64,000 bases of DNA. Source: Vicugna vicugna. Lineage: Eukaryota. The translations under genes were made by a program, and so were the position numbers. Of the stretch, positions 1-13,011 are shown piece after piece. Position 1 is the first letter of the stretch. Each line of letters starts with the position of its first letter. The notes under the pieces are model-generated. The model made no database searches and had not been told where the DNA came from. It saw only the letters and a program-made list of their open reading frames with translations. The stretch is from NCBI GenBank assembly GCA_013265495.1, contig MU058781.1, forward strand, positions 9,343,009 to 9,407,008, in the 5' to 3' direction.

Positions 1-39
1 AGTCCCCTTGGGGGTTCTGGAAGGACGTCCTACAGGAGA

Positions 40-295
40 CGATGGTGCAGAAGGATCTGAAAGGTGAGTAAGGAAAGAAACAGGAAAAAGATGGGGGAAA
101 TGTTTTTAGTGAGAACAGCATGAGTAAAAGCATGTAAGGCTGAGATGGCATTGCTACCAGCAATTTAGTGTTATCAGGGCGTGCCGTGTGAGTCATTGAT
201 AGGAAATACCGATTGAGAGGGTGGAGAGGCTTTATGTGGAGGACCTTATATTGGAAGCTAGGGAGCTTGGGATTTTACCTTAGGAAATGGAAATA
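40..295 (-). mobile_element. L2 LINE fragment (degenerate)
   Basis: Purine-rich motifs typical of antisense L2 (gagaacagcatgagtaaaagc, gggagcttgggattttac). Confidence 0.5.
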
Positions 296-838
296 ACTAG
301 AAACAATAACAGTAGCAACAGCGAGTACAAAACCAACAATCCTTGGGGCTTAGAAGTAAAATGGCACTTCAATTTTCCAGGTATCTTCTGGGAAAGGGAA
401 AAGATGGCTGTTCATTATTCTTAACAAAGTGACTTGTCCAAAGAAATTTAGTTGAAAATGTAGTATGATAAAGACTCATTGTGCTTATTACAGCGTTGGT
501 TAAAGAAGTTCTGAAAGTTGGTAAGCCAATGTCAGAGACTGGGGAGAGCTAACTTTTTCTGGGAGCAGATGCAAAAAAACATATGTAACTCCACAAAGTT
601 CTACCCTCTTCTCAGTAATTTGTTGGTGGGCTTTTTTTTTTTTAACAAGAAGATAAACTAATCTTTCATAAAGAAAACAATTTACCCAGCACAGTACCAT
701 TAAACTCGAAGTCCAGCTGGAAAATATTATGGGAAGTTCATGGGAGCTACTATATAAACTTTCCAAGATCTAAACCCATAAGGAAACCAAAAGAATAACT
801 TTGCAAAGATAAATGACTGAGAGTATCTGAACAAATAA

Positions 839-1206
839 GAGTCAGCCAGGTTATGCTGTGATTACAAACGACCCAAAAATCTCAGCGGCTTATGACCAGA
901 AAGTGTTATTTTTTTGCTAACACAAAATGACCACTGAGGTTGGCTGGGGGGCTTACTCTGGTGCCCAGGCTCACTCAGCCCCCTTACCCAGCACTGTAGC
1001 AGATGGAAAGGCGGGCACATGAAATCATGCACTGGCTCTTAAAGCTTCCACCAGGAAAAGACACATATTATTTCTGCTCACATTTCATTGGCCAGAACAA
1101 ATCACATGGCCACATCTGATTCAAGGGGAGTGGGGAATTGCATTCCCAGAATGTGCCTAGCAGGGGAACAACAAAAACTTGGTGAATAGCACTGAGGACA
1201 ATCACA
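839..1206 (-). mobile_element. MaLR LTR, old MLT1 type (MLT1J/K/L-like)
   Basis: Motifs ggttatgctgtgattacaaac...aatctcagcggctta and tctgctcacatttcattggccagaac...cacatggcc; ends in CA. Confidence 0.75.
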
Positions 1207-1840
1207 AGATGAAATGAAAAAAAAATCAGCAGTGAAAGCAACCCAAGAAGGAAAGTTCTAGGAGCTAGGGATGGCACTGAGGCTTATAATTATGTGGCTA
1301 CTTGAGGACTTATTCATAATGACGGTTAAGAGGGTAATAAAATATGATATATAATTTCATAAAAACTGTTGCAAGAGTTGGCCAATTTATGCTGAGAGAA
1401 GTTTGCTGAAGAACACTGTCGGATCTGTCATGGGGAATATGACACTGAGACACAGTAAGGAATGTGTTCATTAGCCTCTTTCACTCTCATCCCTGGCCCA
1501 GTCAAAGCCCTCTGTTACTTTTACATCATTTTTTTTTTAAAAAAGGAGATTCTAATAGAATTTCCTGTTGTATTGCTGTCTGTTGGCGTTAGACTTAAGT
1601 AACTTCTTTATGACTCTATGTACATAAATTTCACACATGAGATACGATTTTATGTATCGCTACTTCTAAACTTTATTCAGTAATATATCTAATTTTAAAC
1701 TATTACCTAGAAAATAAACTAGATATCTTAAACACTTTTCATGGCTGAAATAACCTATTTTCCAGAGAAAATCTGATTTTGTAGCTTCGTTCTCTGAATA
1801 GAATGGATTCCTCCCTTTAAAAGCACATATATCTGAGAGG

Positions 1841-2270
1841 TATCTTAGGTTGACTTCCCCCAGAAGCTGACCCTGAGATTTGAGGGCAAGTACTGTGCTC
1901 TGTTTGGGATACAATGGCAGAAAGCACTAGAAGTAGAGGGAGACAGGTAAGGATGGCAGCCAACATTACCGCTGGGGGAAACTGAGGCTCAAAGTTGGGG
2001 ACAGTGGGAGACTGTAGAATTCAACTTAGTACATAGAGTCCTACCTCCAGGTGGGAAGCTGGGGTAATTTTAAACTGACCTTCATCCTTGATTGCTGGAA
2101 GGCTGCTCTGAGGGGCATTATCTGCCTGGCACTTCTGGCCGGCATCCCTGCTCTGGCAAAGTGGGGTCTTCTTCTGTTCAAGGAAGCCCTTGAGCAGAGA
2201 GGCAAAGAGGAGAGAGACTTGCTGTAAGCTGCTGTTAGGCTGCGAGTTGCAATGAGAGGGGTGGAGCCCT
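1841..2270 (-). mobile_element. ERVL-class solo LTR (LTR33-like)
   Basis: tcttaggttgacttcccccagaagctgaccctgaga start and aggaagcccttgagcagaga motif resemble old ERVL LTRs. Confidence 0.6.
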
Positions 2271-3029
2271 AAGTGGGACTCCCATATTACCAGTACAGAG
2301 TGGAAATTTCGGTTTCTAAGCCCATTTGCTCATCTTTGAGCCTGGATATTAATTAATTTTTAAAAAGTAATAATATGGTGGCATCTGAGAAAAGATGGGA
2401 TCCTTTTAAACAGTAACAGTGTGTAGGTCATACACCGAGCAACTCAGGAGGGGAGATGACGGGAGAGTTCTGACTAAGCAAGGATCAAGATTCTGGGAAG
2501 GAAACCACTTGTTCCCAATCAGGTTGGGAAAGGGAGAGACCTCAAACATAACAGTGTTTCATACAGCAGGGAGAAGGCCTTCCTGAAGCCACACTGACTG
2601 TTCCCCTGGCACTTGGCCGCCCTCCTCATTCCTTGAGAAAAGAGGGGAGCAAGCAGAAGGTATTTTCAAAAGGTTTGGTAATATTTGAATAGATTCAATC
2701 AGGCCACGATAACAGTAAGTGGAGTATCGGGTATTATGTAGAAGTTAGCAAGTCTCTGTTCATTTATTCCATAACTCGAGTATTTCCGCGAGACAGCAGA
2801 ATAGAACTCTCTCGAAGTCCTGACTTTTCATTATTTTCCAAGCAGATCCCTGAGGACAGCGGAAAGTAAGGGTTTGTCAGCGGGGAGAGTAGACTTCTCC
2901 TAAAAGGAGAATTCTGGAAGTCATCATAATTAAACAAAGAAGAAAATGTGCCAGACTGGAGTGGGTGGGGGCTGTTTTCTCTTTGTGGTTGGCTGTGGTG
3001 CGTTCAGGATCCCTAACCTAAGACGAGGC

Positions 3030-3112
3030 TTCCGAGCTTCCAGTAGGCGAGTAGCCGCCCGAGAGACCCGAGGCTCCGGAAAGAGGCGGCGCAGGTGTCG
3101 GTGATGGGCCAG
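3030..3112 (+). other. Candidate alternative first exon (5' end undefined)
   Basis: Strong donor CAG|GTGAGC (GT at 3113) at the upstream edge of the CpG island. Confidence 0.4.
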
Positions 3113-5239
3113 GTGAGCGGGCCGAGGCGCCAGGAGGCCGGGCGGGCGGGCCCGCGGTCCTGACTCTGCGGCGTCGCGGCTGCTCGCTGAACTCGGAGGG
3201 CGGGACGGGGCGCGCAGGAACCCGGCCCGACGGGCGCGGCGCACACTCGCGCTCGCTCCCGCGCCCTGGCCCTCGCCTCACGCGGCAGCCGGGGCAGCCG
3301 CCCTCCGCCTGCCCTCTTCCCGCTTCTCTTTGCCACCTCTTCCCTCGACCCCACTACCCAGCAGTGCACACATCCAAACTGTTAAAGAAACGCCTTTCCT
3401 TCTCTTAAGGGAGCCGGGCGTGGGCTACTCTCGCCCTTGCACCGTGGGTCGCCCTGCGCGCGGGCTGGGACCCGCGGCGCATGGAGTGGTGCTTCTCGTC
3501 CGGCATCTCTGGCCCCGAGATAAAGATTGCCTCCGTTGCTTCTTCTGTTCCCTGCGCCGCGCGCGGTAACTCTGAGGGAAGTTGGTTGCAAAGTTTCCGA
3601 GAGCGGCGTGGGCTCGTGCAGGCGAAGCAGAGGGCGGGGTGCGGGCGCTGGGAGGCGAGGACAGAAGCGCTCCTCGCGGCGTCTTTGTTCTGCTCCGGGG
3701 GAGAGACCTGGCGAGGAGTCGCCGGGCGAGTACAGGGACCGCCAGCCGCGACATTCCGGACTCAGCAGGGGCTCTTCGCTCCTTCCCCCGCCTCCTCCCT
3801 TAGGCATCTCCCACCCCTAACCCAGCCCCGACACTGTTCCCAAGTTCCCAAGTCTCCTTCTGCCTCATCCCTTTACCCCCAAACTTCACCAACACCCAAA
3901 TCCCAAGTCTGGGAAGGGGAAGGAGAAAGGGTGGAGGTAAAGGTGCTCAATGGGCCGGATACCTCCTGGAGGGTGGACGTTTCCTTTGGAATGTTTGGGT
4001 TTTTTTCCTTTGCCCTAGAAACTGCTTCCCATTGCGGGTCCGCATTCTCTCCCATTTCCCCCACCTCTCGGCTTTCCTCCTCTTCAATTCTAGTGAAACC
4101 TAGATGGAAAATTAGCGCTGCTCTGAGTCACTCAGAGAGCCACGGCTGTGATCCGCAGTTAGGATGAGGGTCTAGGGATGGGCGAGATGAGGTTGGGGGT
4201 TCCCAGTTGAGGAGGTCGGGAACGGACCTGGGGGAGGGTCCGGAGCGGTTCCTGGTCCAAGACACCAATTTTGCCCGGGGCAAGGCAGTGGGGGAGTAGA
4301 CCGAAAGGCAGGATGCTCTGCCTCGCCAGGGGGTAGAGGATGGGGAGGCGGTCGGGGTCCCCGAATCAGATCTTGGGAGCGAGGACAAGGCAGTGGTGTA
4401 GGGAAGGGAACGGGTGAGGAGTGCTTGACTCCAGGGTCAGAGGGAGCGCGGTCACCCAGAAGCCTCCTTGCCATCGCGGTTTGAGGTTAGGGGAAGTTTG
4501 GGGTCTGAGAGGTGGGCGCGATGCTAGAGGTGGGAATCCGCCCTTGGAGCCCCTGGACCGAATTGCGCAGCGCCTGCAGCAACAGGTAGCCCCGAAGGGT
4601 GGAGATCCTGGTGGGACCCTGAGCTGGGCTTTGTCTTGCAGATTACAGGGCGCTCCCAAGGGACAGAATGGGTGGGGGGTGGGGGTGGCCGGGAGAGGGG
4701 AGAGTTTTCTAACACTTCTTGAAGGCCCTTTGAGTTGTTTTGGTGTTTTGGTTGGAAGGGGTGAGCCAAGCGGAGAAACCAGGATGCAGAGCCTAGGGTG
4801 CGCCCCACCTCTGATTGTGTAAGCGCCTTTATCTTCTGGGGTTGACCCCTTACCCTTCGCATTTTGTCTCTTGGGATGAGGAACTGACAGAAACTCGATG
4901 CCAAAGTGGATTGCTCACATTGATTGGCACGGAAAGTGCAAACAAAGAGGTGCATCTCCCGGAAACAATGATTTTGGAGATTCCGCCCCCTCTCGCCCCC
5001 GTAGACTTGCGTCGGGAAGGGGGGCGGCAGTAAAAGAGTGGCGGGTGTGGAGGAGACCAGGATAGACATCTCCCGGGAAAAGTTTCGAGCAAGGTAGTGG
5101 GAGGAGAGGGTCGGGGCAGAGTTGCGATGAGCTGGGGACTGAGCAGCCCCGGCTCGCCTCGGAGGTTCCCGAGCCGGGCGGGAGATGCGGGGAGAGGGAG
5201 GGGGTGGGGAGGGAGGGGAGGGAGAGAGGAAGAAGGGGT

Positions 5240-5474
5240 GAGAGGGAGAAACCTGCCGCCGCTCGCCGCCTCTTTGTCTGCTCCGGGACTTGGAACAAAA
5301 GGGGGAACTCTGATAAACTCTCTCCTCCCCACTCCCCCGGACGCCCGGGTATCTCCCTCTCGCAACTTTGCTGCGACGACTTTCTCCGCTGTCAGGCCAC
5401 ACTAAGTGTCCGAGAGCCTCGCGGACCACAACGAGGGAAACGTCTCTTAAAAGTGCGATGAAGTGGGGAAGAAG
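5240..5474 (+). other. Candidate alternative first exon (5' end undefined)
   Basis: Consensus donor AAG|GTGAGT (GT at 5475), downstream of the CCAAT/GC-box cluster at 4920-5030 and a G-tract at ~5190-5225. Confidence 0.55.
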
Positions 5475-7122
5475 GTGAGTGGGGATTGTTTTCTTGTTTA
5501 CCTCTCTCCCCCTGAACTCGCACGGCTCCCCGCCCTTCGGAAAACAGAGGAGCAGTCCAGTGGCGAAGTTTGGCCAAGTTGTACCTCCTTTCCCCCATTG
5601 CCTTCTCTTTTGTTCTTTAACGAACTCGCGCAGATTGTTTTATTTGTTTATTTCTAATAGGCAAAAGCCAGGCGGGCATTTCTCTCAAGTGCCTCTTCTA
5701 TGAGGAGCTGGGGGGATGGGGGAAGGGTGTCTCAAGAGGGCATCGCCTCGCTTTCTCCCAGCTGCGTGCAGACTGGAGGGAAGCGTGCTGAAATGGATGG
5801 GGACATGCCCGGTCTCACCCCGACCCCGGCCCTGACTTTGCTCTTGCAGAAGACAGAGATTTGGAGGTGGGGGTCATCTCCTCACCATTTTATAACTTAA
5901 CTGTCTGCGGAGCGCTGTGCTGATCCAAGGCACGCTACCCAAAGCTGTAACAATAGAATGCAGAAGAGGTTTGAGTGGTGGGGCACTGGACTCTAGTGTT
6001 TGTGGTCAAGGGGGTTGGAGCAAACAGGTAAGAGTTCAGAAAGTTTTCTTTGGGGCTGGGGTAGGGTGGAGGAAGAAGCCACAGGTTCCCGACTGTCAGA
6101 GATGCAGGGATGGAGGGATGGGTCCTGGACCGCTAGTTAAGAGTGGGCCATCCCGTCTGCCCCTTTAAGTTTCACGACCCACCCAGAATAACCTGGGTCA
6201 TGAAGATCCATCATCACGTCTCTCACTTTACGCGCCCCACGACCCCAGCCCCATTTAAACGTGTTTGAGTAAAAAGGGGAACGAGGGCGCCAGAAGCTCC
6301 TCAGACCTAGCAGTCCGCCCCGCCTTTTGTGTTTTAACCTTTTGTTTCTGTCTGCCACGCCCGCACAAAAGAGGGATGGCTGTTGCTGCTTCTGCGGGGT
6401 GGAGAGGCAGCGCAATTCCCTCCGTGTTTATAGGCAAAAGGAAGACTCCCTAACTTTGTTTCCCAAGTAGCTTCACTTTGCAGTGTTTCTAGGTTGGTTC
6501 TTGCTCAGACGAGGCGAACACAAGTAAACATCGCCACTTGATAGGAAATTTCATTGTGCGCTTTTCTACTTTATCACAAAAGTTGTTTATCCGCCCAGAC
6601 ACTTGGTTCACAGAAAGACATTTAGGGACAGAAGCTGGGAGTTTGTTGAAAGTAGGAAGACGTAGTATGTTCTAGCTATGTTTAATTAGGAAGGTGTGGA
6701 ACAGGGTTCTTCAATTAAATGATGCTAATTTAGGTCGTTATCTTCAGGTATGTTTTGTGGGATCGGTTTAAATACCAAGGTAATTTATCACCACTGTCCT
6801 CTCCTATGCCCATTCCCGAGCTAGAAGCTTTCCTCATACCTTTTGCCTTTCTCCCCCGCTTTTAGAGTTTGACAGGACAGATGAAACATCAAGTGGTACA
6901 GCCAGATACAGTCTACTTGAACTTTTTCAAGTTATGATTTTGTATAGTAGTATCCGTTATTTAGAACTTACAGCCAGAAATGATTCAACTGCCAGAACTC
7001 TATGTAGTTTTGCGTTTTCATGTCAAAGGAAGAAATATATTAATGCGATGGTTACCTAAAAAAAAACAACTGAGTTTGTCAAATGACATGGAAGCTAACA
7101 TTAATTAATTTCAATTGTATAG

Positions 7123-7374
7123 GTGTGATGACTATTGTCAACATCTAGGAAGCATCATGAGTGATTGACCTCCTCCATTCTGCATTGTTCTTACTGGATC
7201 TTTCTATCAGTGTACATTATGGAAGCACCAATAAGACAAGTCATTTCTGGATCAAAAGTTGTCAAACTTCTTCCTTTGGAGTTACTTAAAAGTTAAAATG
7301 TTGGGATTTTTGATGATGCCTTCCTTATATGGATTACTGCAATTTGATCACTGGGCATTCACCACCTTGAGAAG
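7123..7374 (+). other. Candidate 5' exon (alternative acceptor at 6866 possible)
   Basis: Branch-like CTAAC at ~7095, acceptor TAG|G at 7122 and donor AAG|GTATGT at 7375. A stronger polypyrimidine acceptor (ctcccccgcttttag) ends at 6865. Confidence 0.45.
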
Positions 7375-8814
7375 GTATGTTGCTTTTTAAATACTCTACA
7401 AGCACTTCTTTTTTGTGGCTGGTACTTATGCCATCAGAGAATTGTCCAGTTAGTTTGAGCTGTTGCCTGATCAAAGTGATTTATGACTTTGGATTTCCTT
7501 GTTTTGAACTGGTTTTTGTATGTTCATTTTCATGTGGAATGATAATGTGTGGGTACGTCTAAGGAAATTTTTATTAATTTTACAATGTCTTCTTCAACAT
7601 TATCCCATATAATGAATGTAGATTTATATGGTCACTAAGGAAAGTTATGTAACAATAACGGGTTGGCTAAGCAAATGTCCTATTTTATTTATGATTGATT
7701 TTGTTTTTAAATATCACAGTGAATGTTTCTATATTAGCAGAACTTTTGTGGTTTTCATTAGATTTTTCACTTTTGACATTTCATTTTGGTAAACAGAATC
7801 CAAAAGTGGCCAGAGAGAAATGAATTCCTTATAGCTGGGAGTCAATATAAAGTACAATAAGTTCTATGAGAATGAAAACTTCACTATATGATAACAGAAG
7901 AGGCTGTACATTTGTTTAGTCTTTATGGTATACATGGAGTGTTTATAGTGGTCATTAAGAGTCATATATTCCTTCTTTTACATCTTACAATTCATTGTTG
8001 ATCATCTCTGTGAGAGAGCAGTTAAAAGTTCACATAAATACCTGGTAATTTAGAAAGTATTTTGATACAGTATTTACTTCCCTTGGTTAGCAATTGTTTG
8101 TCATGGAAAGTGAGAGTTTTCTTCGTTTAGAACAGGTTGCTTTGAAATGATTTAAGTTGTGGGATTTGGTCCTCAAAATGACTCAAGTTCAAGTAGTTTT
8201 AAATGTTACAGTTGAAGACTATCATTGATATATTACTGTAATTGAGAAGTGTTAAGGTGTGCTCAAAAAGGACAGTTGGGAATTGGAAATATTTTTATCC
8301 TGCTATATGTGCAAACTATCATGATTTGCTTCTTTCTAGTTGTGGAAACTTGGACAAGCTACTTAACCTTCCTGGTTAGTATATTTATCATCTATAAAGT
8401 AAAGGGTTACGTTAAAGAAACTTGAAGAAATTTTTAGCTTTAGGATTTTGTGATTTTTTTTTTATTGCTGTTATAACTAAGGAGCATCCTCTCTTGAAAA
8501 GTTCATTTTTAAATTATTGAATAATAGAGTTACAGACATGGAAAACTTTGTGTGTATGAATAATGATTATTTTGCATGACTGCTTAGCTCAGGGAATATT
8601 CGTTCAGGGAACAGGCTTTAAAATTCCTGTGTAGTATACTTTCAGCAAAGTGTGTTGTATGTAAATGTCAGATTTCCTGAAATGTTTTCAACAAAAGTTT
8701 ATCTGCTGGAGTATTTTTTGGGGGGTGTAGAGTACAGTATTATTTCCCAACAAACATTTTACCTACAAATGTCTGACATGAATATGTTTGAATCTGTTCT
8801 AAGGGCTACCCAGA

Positions 8815-9090
8815 GTTGGGCTCAGAGGTTTAGAAACAGACTTTGGAATGAAACAGAGTTTCATCCCAGTTTTAAATCCCAGTTCAGGTGACTCCTCATT
8901 GTGATAACCTTGGCCAGGTTTCTTGACTTCCTGGGGTCTCACTTTTCTCATTTGTAAATAGGGAGTCATCACACGTATCCCATGGGGTTGGTGTGGGGAA
9001 TATATTTTTAAAAACCATATATATAAGGAAAAACTTAGCAGATGGCTCAGCATTTGTAAATATGTTGAAATATAATAAAAGCTACTATTA
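8815..9090 (+). mobile_element. MIR SINE
   Basis: Core match: accttggccaggtttcttgacttcctggggtctcacttttctcatttgtaaataggga. Confidence 0.8.
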
Positions 9091-10574
9091 CCTTTCACAA
9101 TGAATCAGTGATGTTTTGATAATTCCAACTTTCTTTGTTGACTGCATTGAAAGTTTCAAGCCACGTTAACCAAAAGTATTCACTGACGTATTCAAAGTCA
9201 GTTTGGATTGAATTTTTCACATGTTTGGATATTTTTTTTTCTACCAAAATATGTTCTATTAAACTCTTTTATCCAGTGAACTGTGAATTAATTCACTTCA
9301 ACAAACACTTACTAAATATTGCTACGGGTCAGCCTGTTGTCAAAGGTCATGGTTTCCTCTTATAATGTGTGGTCTGACCTTTTCTTTACAGAAATTTCTG
9401 TAAACTGAGATAAGTGCAAGTTTCTAGAATCGACTGATACAAATACTCTATATTTTCAGTGTTGTCAATTATGAGTAGACTTAGATATAGTTTTAAAAGT
9501 TTTGTTCATTCACTTTTCCCTATGATATAAAGTGATGGTTCAGTGATTTCTTGATGAGGAAATCAATCAAGAACTGGAACACATTTTCTGATATTATTTT
9601 TTAGAGAATGGTCTTTATTTAAATAAAAAAAACCTCACAGTATAAACAGCACTTAGAAGAATAGCGTATCATTGTGAAATGAAGTTTAAAGTCTTGGATT
9701 TTCATTTTCTAGACCTGTAATTTAGTAAAATACATTGTCATCTGTGAGTGATGATTAGTTTGAGGAAGATGATATTCATTTGCCCTTAGGAAGTTTCTGA
9801 TGAGAATTTGAAGTATTGCTCCTTCTCATTTGTAATTTACCAGCAGATAGTTGCCTAGAAGTGATAGCATTGAAAAGAAAAATATGCGATAAATCAATAT
9901 TAAAATGGGAAAAGTTTTTTTTTTCCTGATGTATTCAAACTTTGTTTGTGGACAACATTTATTTTAATCAGCCAGTTATGTATCTTTAGGATAGCAACTA
10001 CTAATATGGTAATTTGTAATTATAGTGTTTAAAACGATAAATTCCTTGAAGTTTTTCTATATGATGTTGATTGTTAAATTATAACCAAATATACTTAATA
10101 ATTTTTCTACATGTATCAAATTTTATAGCCTTGGTTATTTAAAATTTTCGTTGACATGGATTACTTTGAATTATTGAAACCAGAACCATCTGCCAAGGTA
10201 TTCACAAGAAACTTACATAGGAAGAAAATCTAAACTTTCATCTGTGCCTTCTAAAATGATAACTACAATACATAATAAGCATCTTGTAAGGAAATAAATA
10301 TCATTTATTTAACTTGGAACTTCATAATAAGTATAGAGGTGATTAACCAGATGTTTTCTTATACTTTGAGTACCATTTCTGCTTATTTGCTATAAGTTTC
10401 TTTAGGAACATTAAGTGTTCCCAAATTTACTTTGATTTCTTCTTTATGGCCTCAAATTTGCTGATTTTAAAGTGTCGGTCATTTCTAAGAACTTTAATGG
10501 TATTTCTACCTATTATTGTTGAAGATACAGGTGTTTAGAAATGTATTTATCATGAATCTGTGAAGTCTACTTTG

Positions 10575-11830
10575 TTGATTCATTCTTTCCGCATTCATTC
10601 TTTTAAAAGTCATGTGGCTTTTGTGTGTCAGGCATTGCTCTAAACTCTGGATACAAAAGAAATAAAAATCCTTGTACTCTTGGAGCTTTTACAAGCGACA
10701 GAAAAATATATATTGAAAAGTGACAACTACTATTGAGAAAAATAAGCCAGGAAAAGGAGTTATAATTTTCAGTGGGATGGCCAGGACTGACCTCATGGAG
10801 AAGGGGACATTTGAGGAATGGTACGAAGGGAGTGAAGAAATGAGCTCCATGGTATCAGGTAGAAAAGCATTCAGGCAGAGGCATGGCAGATGTCGGAAAG
10901 CAAGGAGGGTGTGGTGGCTGGAGTGGTGTGCACAGAGGGGATGGTGGTAGGAGATGAGATCAGAGAGGAAACAGGAGCATGGTGAGCAGATCACATGGAT
11001 CCTTAAAGACCATTGTGATTTCACACTGAGGGAGATGGAGTGCCATTGAAGGGGTTCAAACAATGACTGACCTGATAGAAGTAATGTTGTAACAGAAGGA
11101 CTCTGGCTGGTGAGTTGAGACCAGATCAAAGATGGGCAAGAGCAGAAACAGGGAGACCATTTAAGAAGCTATTTTGGGTATCAAGTGAGAGATGGTGGCA
11201 ACCTGCATGAGGGTAAAATTAGCCTGGATGTAGAGAGAAGGGATTGAATTCTGAAGATAGGTTGGTGGGAGGCTTTTCTGGTGGATTGGATAAGAAGTAT
11301 GAGAGAAAGAGGGGAGTTAACTATGATTCTGAGATTTTTTTTTTGACCTGAGCACCTGCATGGACCCAATGTCCATTAACTGAGATGAAATGTAGGCTTG
11401 GGGGAGGGGGAGACTATAGGAGCTCAGTTTGTGAACATTCAGATGAAGATACTTTTAAAGCCTCTAGGCAATTTGATACACAAGTCTGGTTTTCAGGGAA
11501 GAAGTGTCCAGATACAAATTAGTGAGTTGGAAGAAATTAAATGCTATTTAAAGCCATGAGACTGGATGAGATCATCAAGAGAGTAGGTATGGAAAAGAAG
11601 GAGGTCTAGATACTGAGCATTGGGGCCCTCCACAAAGACAAGAGAAGAAGATGAGAAGGGGCTGCCACTAAGTTTGAAGCCCAGTGAAGAAAGTGTTTCC
11701 AGGAAGAAGGCAAGATCATCTGCTGATAGACTAAGCAAGATGACAATCGGAAATAGACCTCTGGGGTTAGGCATTTGGGAGGTCAGTGCTCCTGGGTAGT
11801 CCTGGCTAGAGCTGTTTTGGTAAATGGTGA
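10575..11830 (-). mobile_element. L2 LINE 3' portion
   Basis: Starts with the (ATTC)n tail, then gtgtgtcaggcattgctcta and long runs of typical antisense L2 motifs (gacatttgag, atttaaagccatgagactggatgagatca). Confidence 0.85.
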
Positions 11831-11909
11831 AAGATCACATCTTCTTCCTAACTGGTGTGGTCCATTTCATATCTTTAAAAAATCATATCTAGTCTAACTA
11901 AAATTTGTC

Positions 11910-12095
11910 AATACTTTATAATTGATAAAATGCTTTCACATGTTAAAGTCTCATAGTAGCTTAAGAGAGATGGGATGATAATATCTATGTTTATATTACA
12001 GAAAAACAAATTGAGACACAGAAGTGAAGTAATTTGTCCTAAGTCACCCAAATATAAGATAGAGCTGGTTTTTCTAAACTTCACACCCTTTGCCA
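11910..12095 (-). mobile_element. MIR SINE
   Basis: aaattgagacacagaagtgaagtaatttgtcctaagtcac matches the reversed MIR core. Confidence 0.7.
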
Positions 12096-12576
12096 TTCAT
12101 AATAGGGGAGATATAAATGATAAAAACAAAAGCCAGTACAATGTGACAAAGATGGTAATAGCAGTGTGTACAAGATATATAATTAAATCAGGGCAGGGAG
12201 TGATTATCTTTTGGGGTCAGAGAAGACTTTCCCAAGTTGGGATTTAAAAGATGCATGGCATTTTAACATGCAGTCAAAGGAAAGAAAATTCTAGGCTTGG
12301 AAAATATGATGTGCAAAGAATATGGAGGTGTGAAACATGGGGCGATAACTGGAATGTATTTGGGATGCTGAAGGCATTCGATTCATGCTGAACATGAAAG
12401 AGGGTGGATGAGAGATAGGCTGGAATATATCAAGTACTAATTCAAGCTTGGATTGAAATATGGTTTTAATAGAATAGCTGCCAGGTGCCATCTTAAATGT
12501 ATCTCATGTCATATAAGGTGGTTATATGCAACCTAGTTAGAAATGCCTGAACGTATATACATCACCACAAATGCAT

Positions 12577-12920
12577 TGCCTTAGTCAGTTTGGTAACTGC
12601 TGTAACTAAGTCCCGTAGACTGGGTGGCTTATATACGACAGAAGTTTATTTCTCAGTTCTGGAGGCTGAGCAGTCCGAGACCAAGGTGCTGTGTCTGGTG
12701 GGGGCTGGCTTCCTGGGTCATGGGTGCTGTCTTCTTGCTGGGTCCTCACATGGTGGAAGGGGCAGGGGAGCTCTCTGGGAACTTTTATAAGGACACTTAC
12801 CCCGTTCATGAGGGCTGCACTCTCATGACGTAAGCACTCCACGTCCAAATACTGTAATGTTGATATTTTTAGGTTTCAGCATATGAATTTTGGGGGGATA
12901 CAAACATCCAGTCTGTAGCA
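12577..12920 (-). mobile_element. MaLR solo LTR (MLT1A-like) with 5-bp TSD
   Basis: TG...CA ends, MLT1 motifs (gactgggtggctta, tttatttctcagttctggaggctg, atgaattttggggggatacaaacat), TSD tgcat/tgtat. Confidence 0.88.
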
Positions 12921-13011
12921 TGTATATTTTCAAAATTTTATTCTTCCTTCAAAATTAAATGTATATTGTGAATCATATACTGCTAAAGAAGGTCTGGTGA
13001 CTATATTTTTA

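Larger units (their letters stand above)
3000..6400. promoter_or_regulatory. CpG island / multi-TSS promoter region
   Basis: Abrupt rise in GC and CpG density against AT-rich, CpG-poor flanks. Several GGGCGG/CCGCCC boxes, a reverse CCAAT (ATTGG at ~4923), and no recognisable interspersed repeats. Confidence 0.92.

Noticed and set aside
3011..3822. CCCTAA telomere-like hexamers at ~3011 and ~3815
   Set aside because: Single isolated units, not an array.
2930..5461. Long overlapping ORFs in the CpG island (e.g. 4524-5429 -, 301 aa; 3481-4167 +, 228 aa)
   Set aside because: Low-complexity R/P/G/S/A translations on both strands with no recognisable domain; expected from stop-codon scarcity in GC-rich DNA.
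9748..9800. C-box GTGATGA and D-box CTGA pair suggesting a C/D snoRNA
   Set aside because: Only ~53 nt, with no convincing terminal stem or recognisable rRNA guide; such pairs occur by chance.
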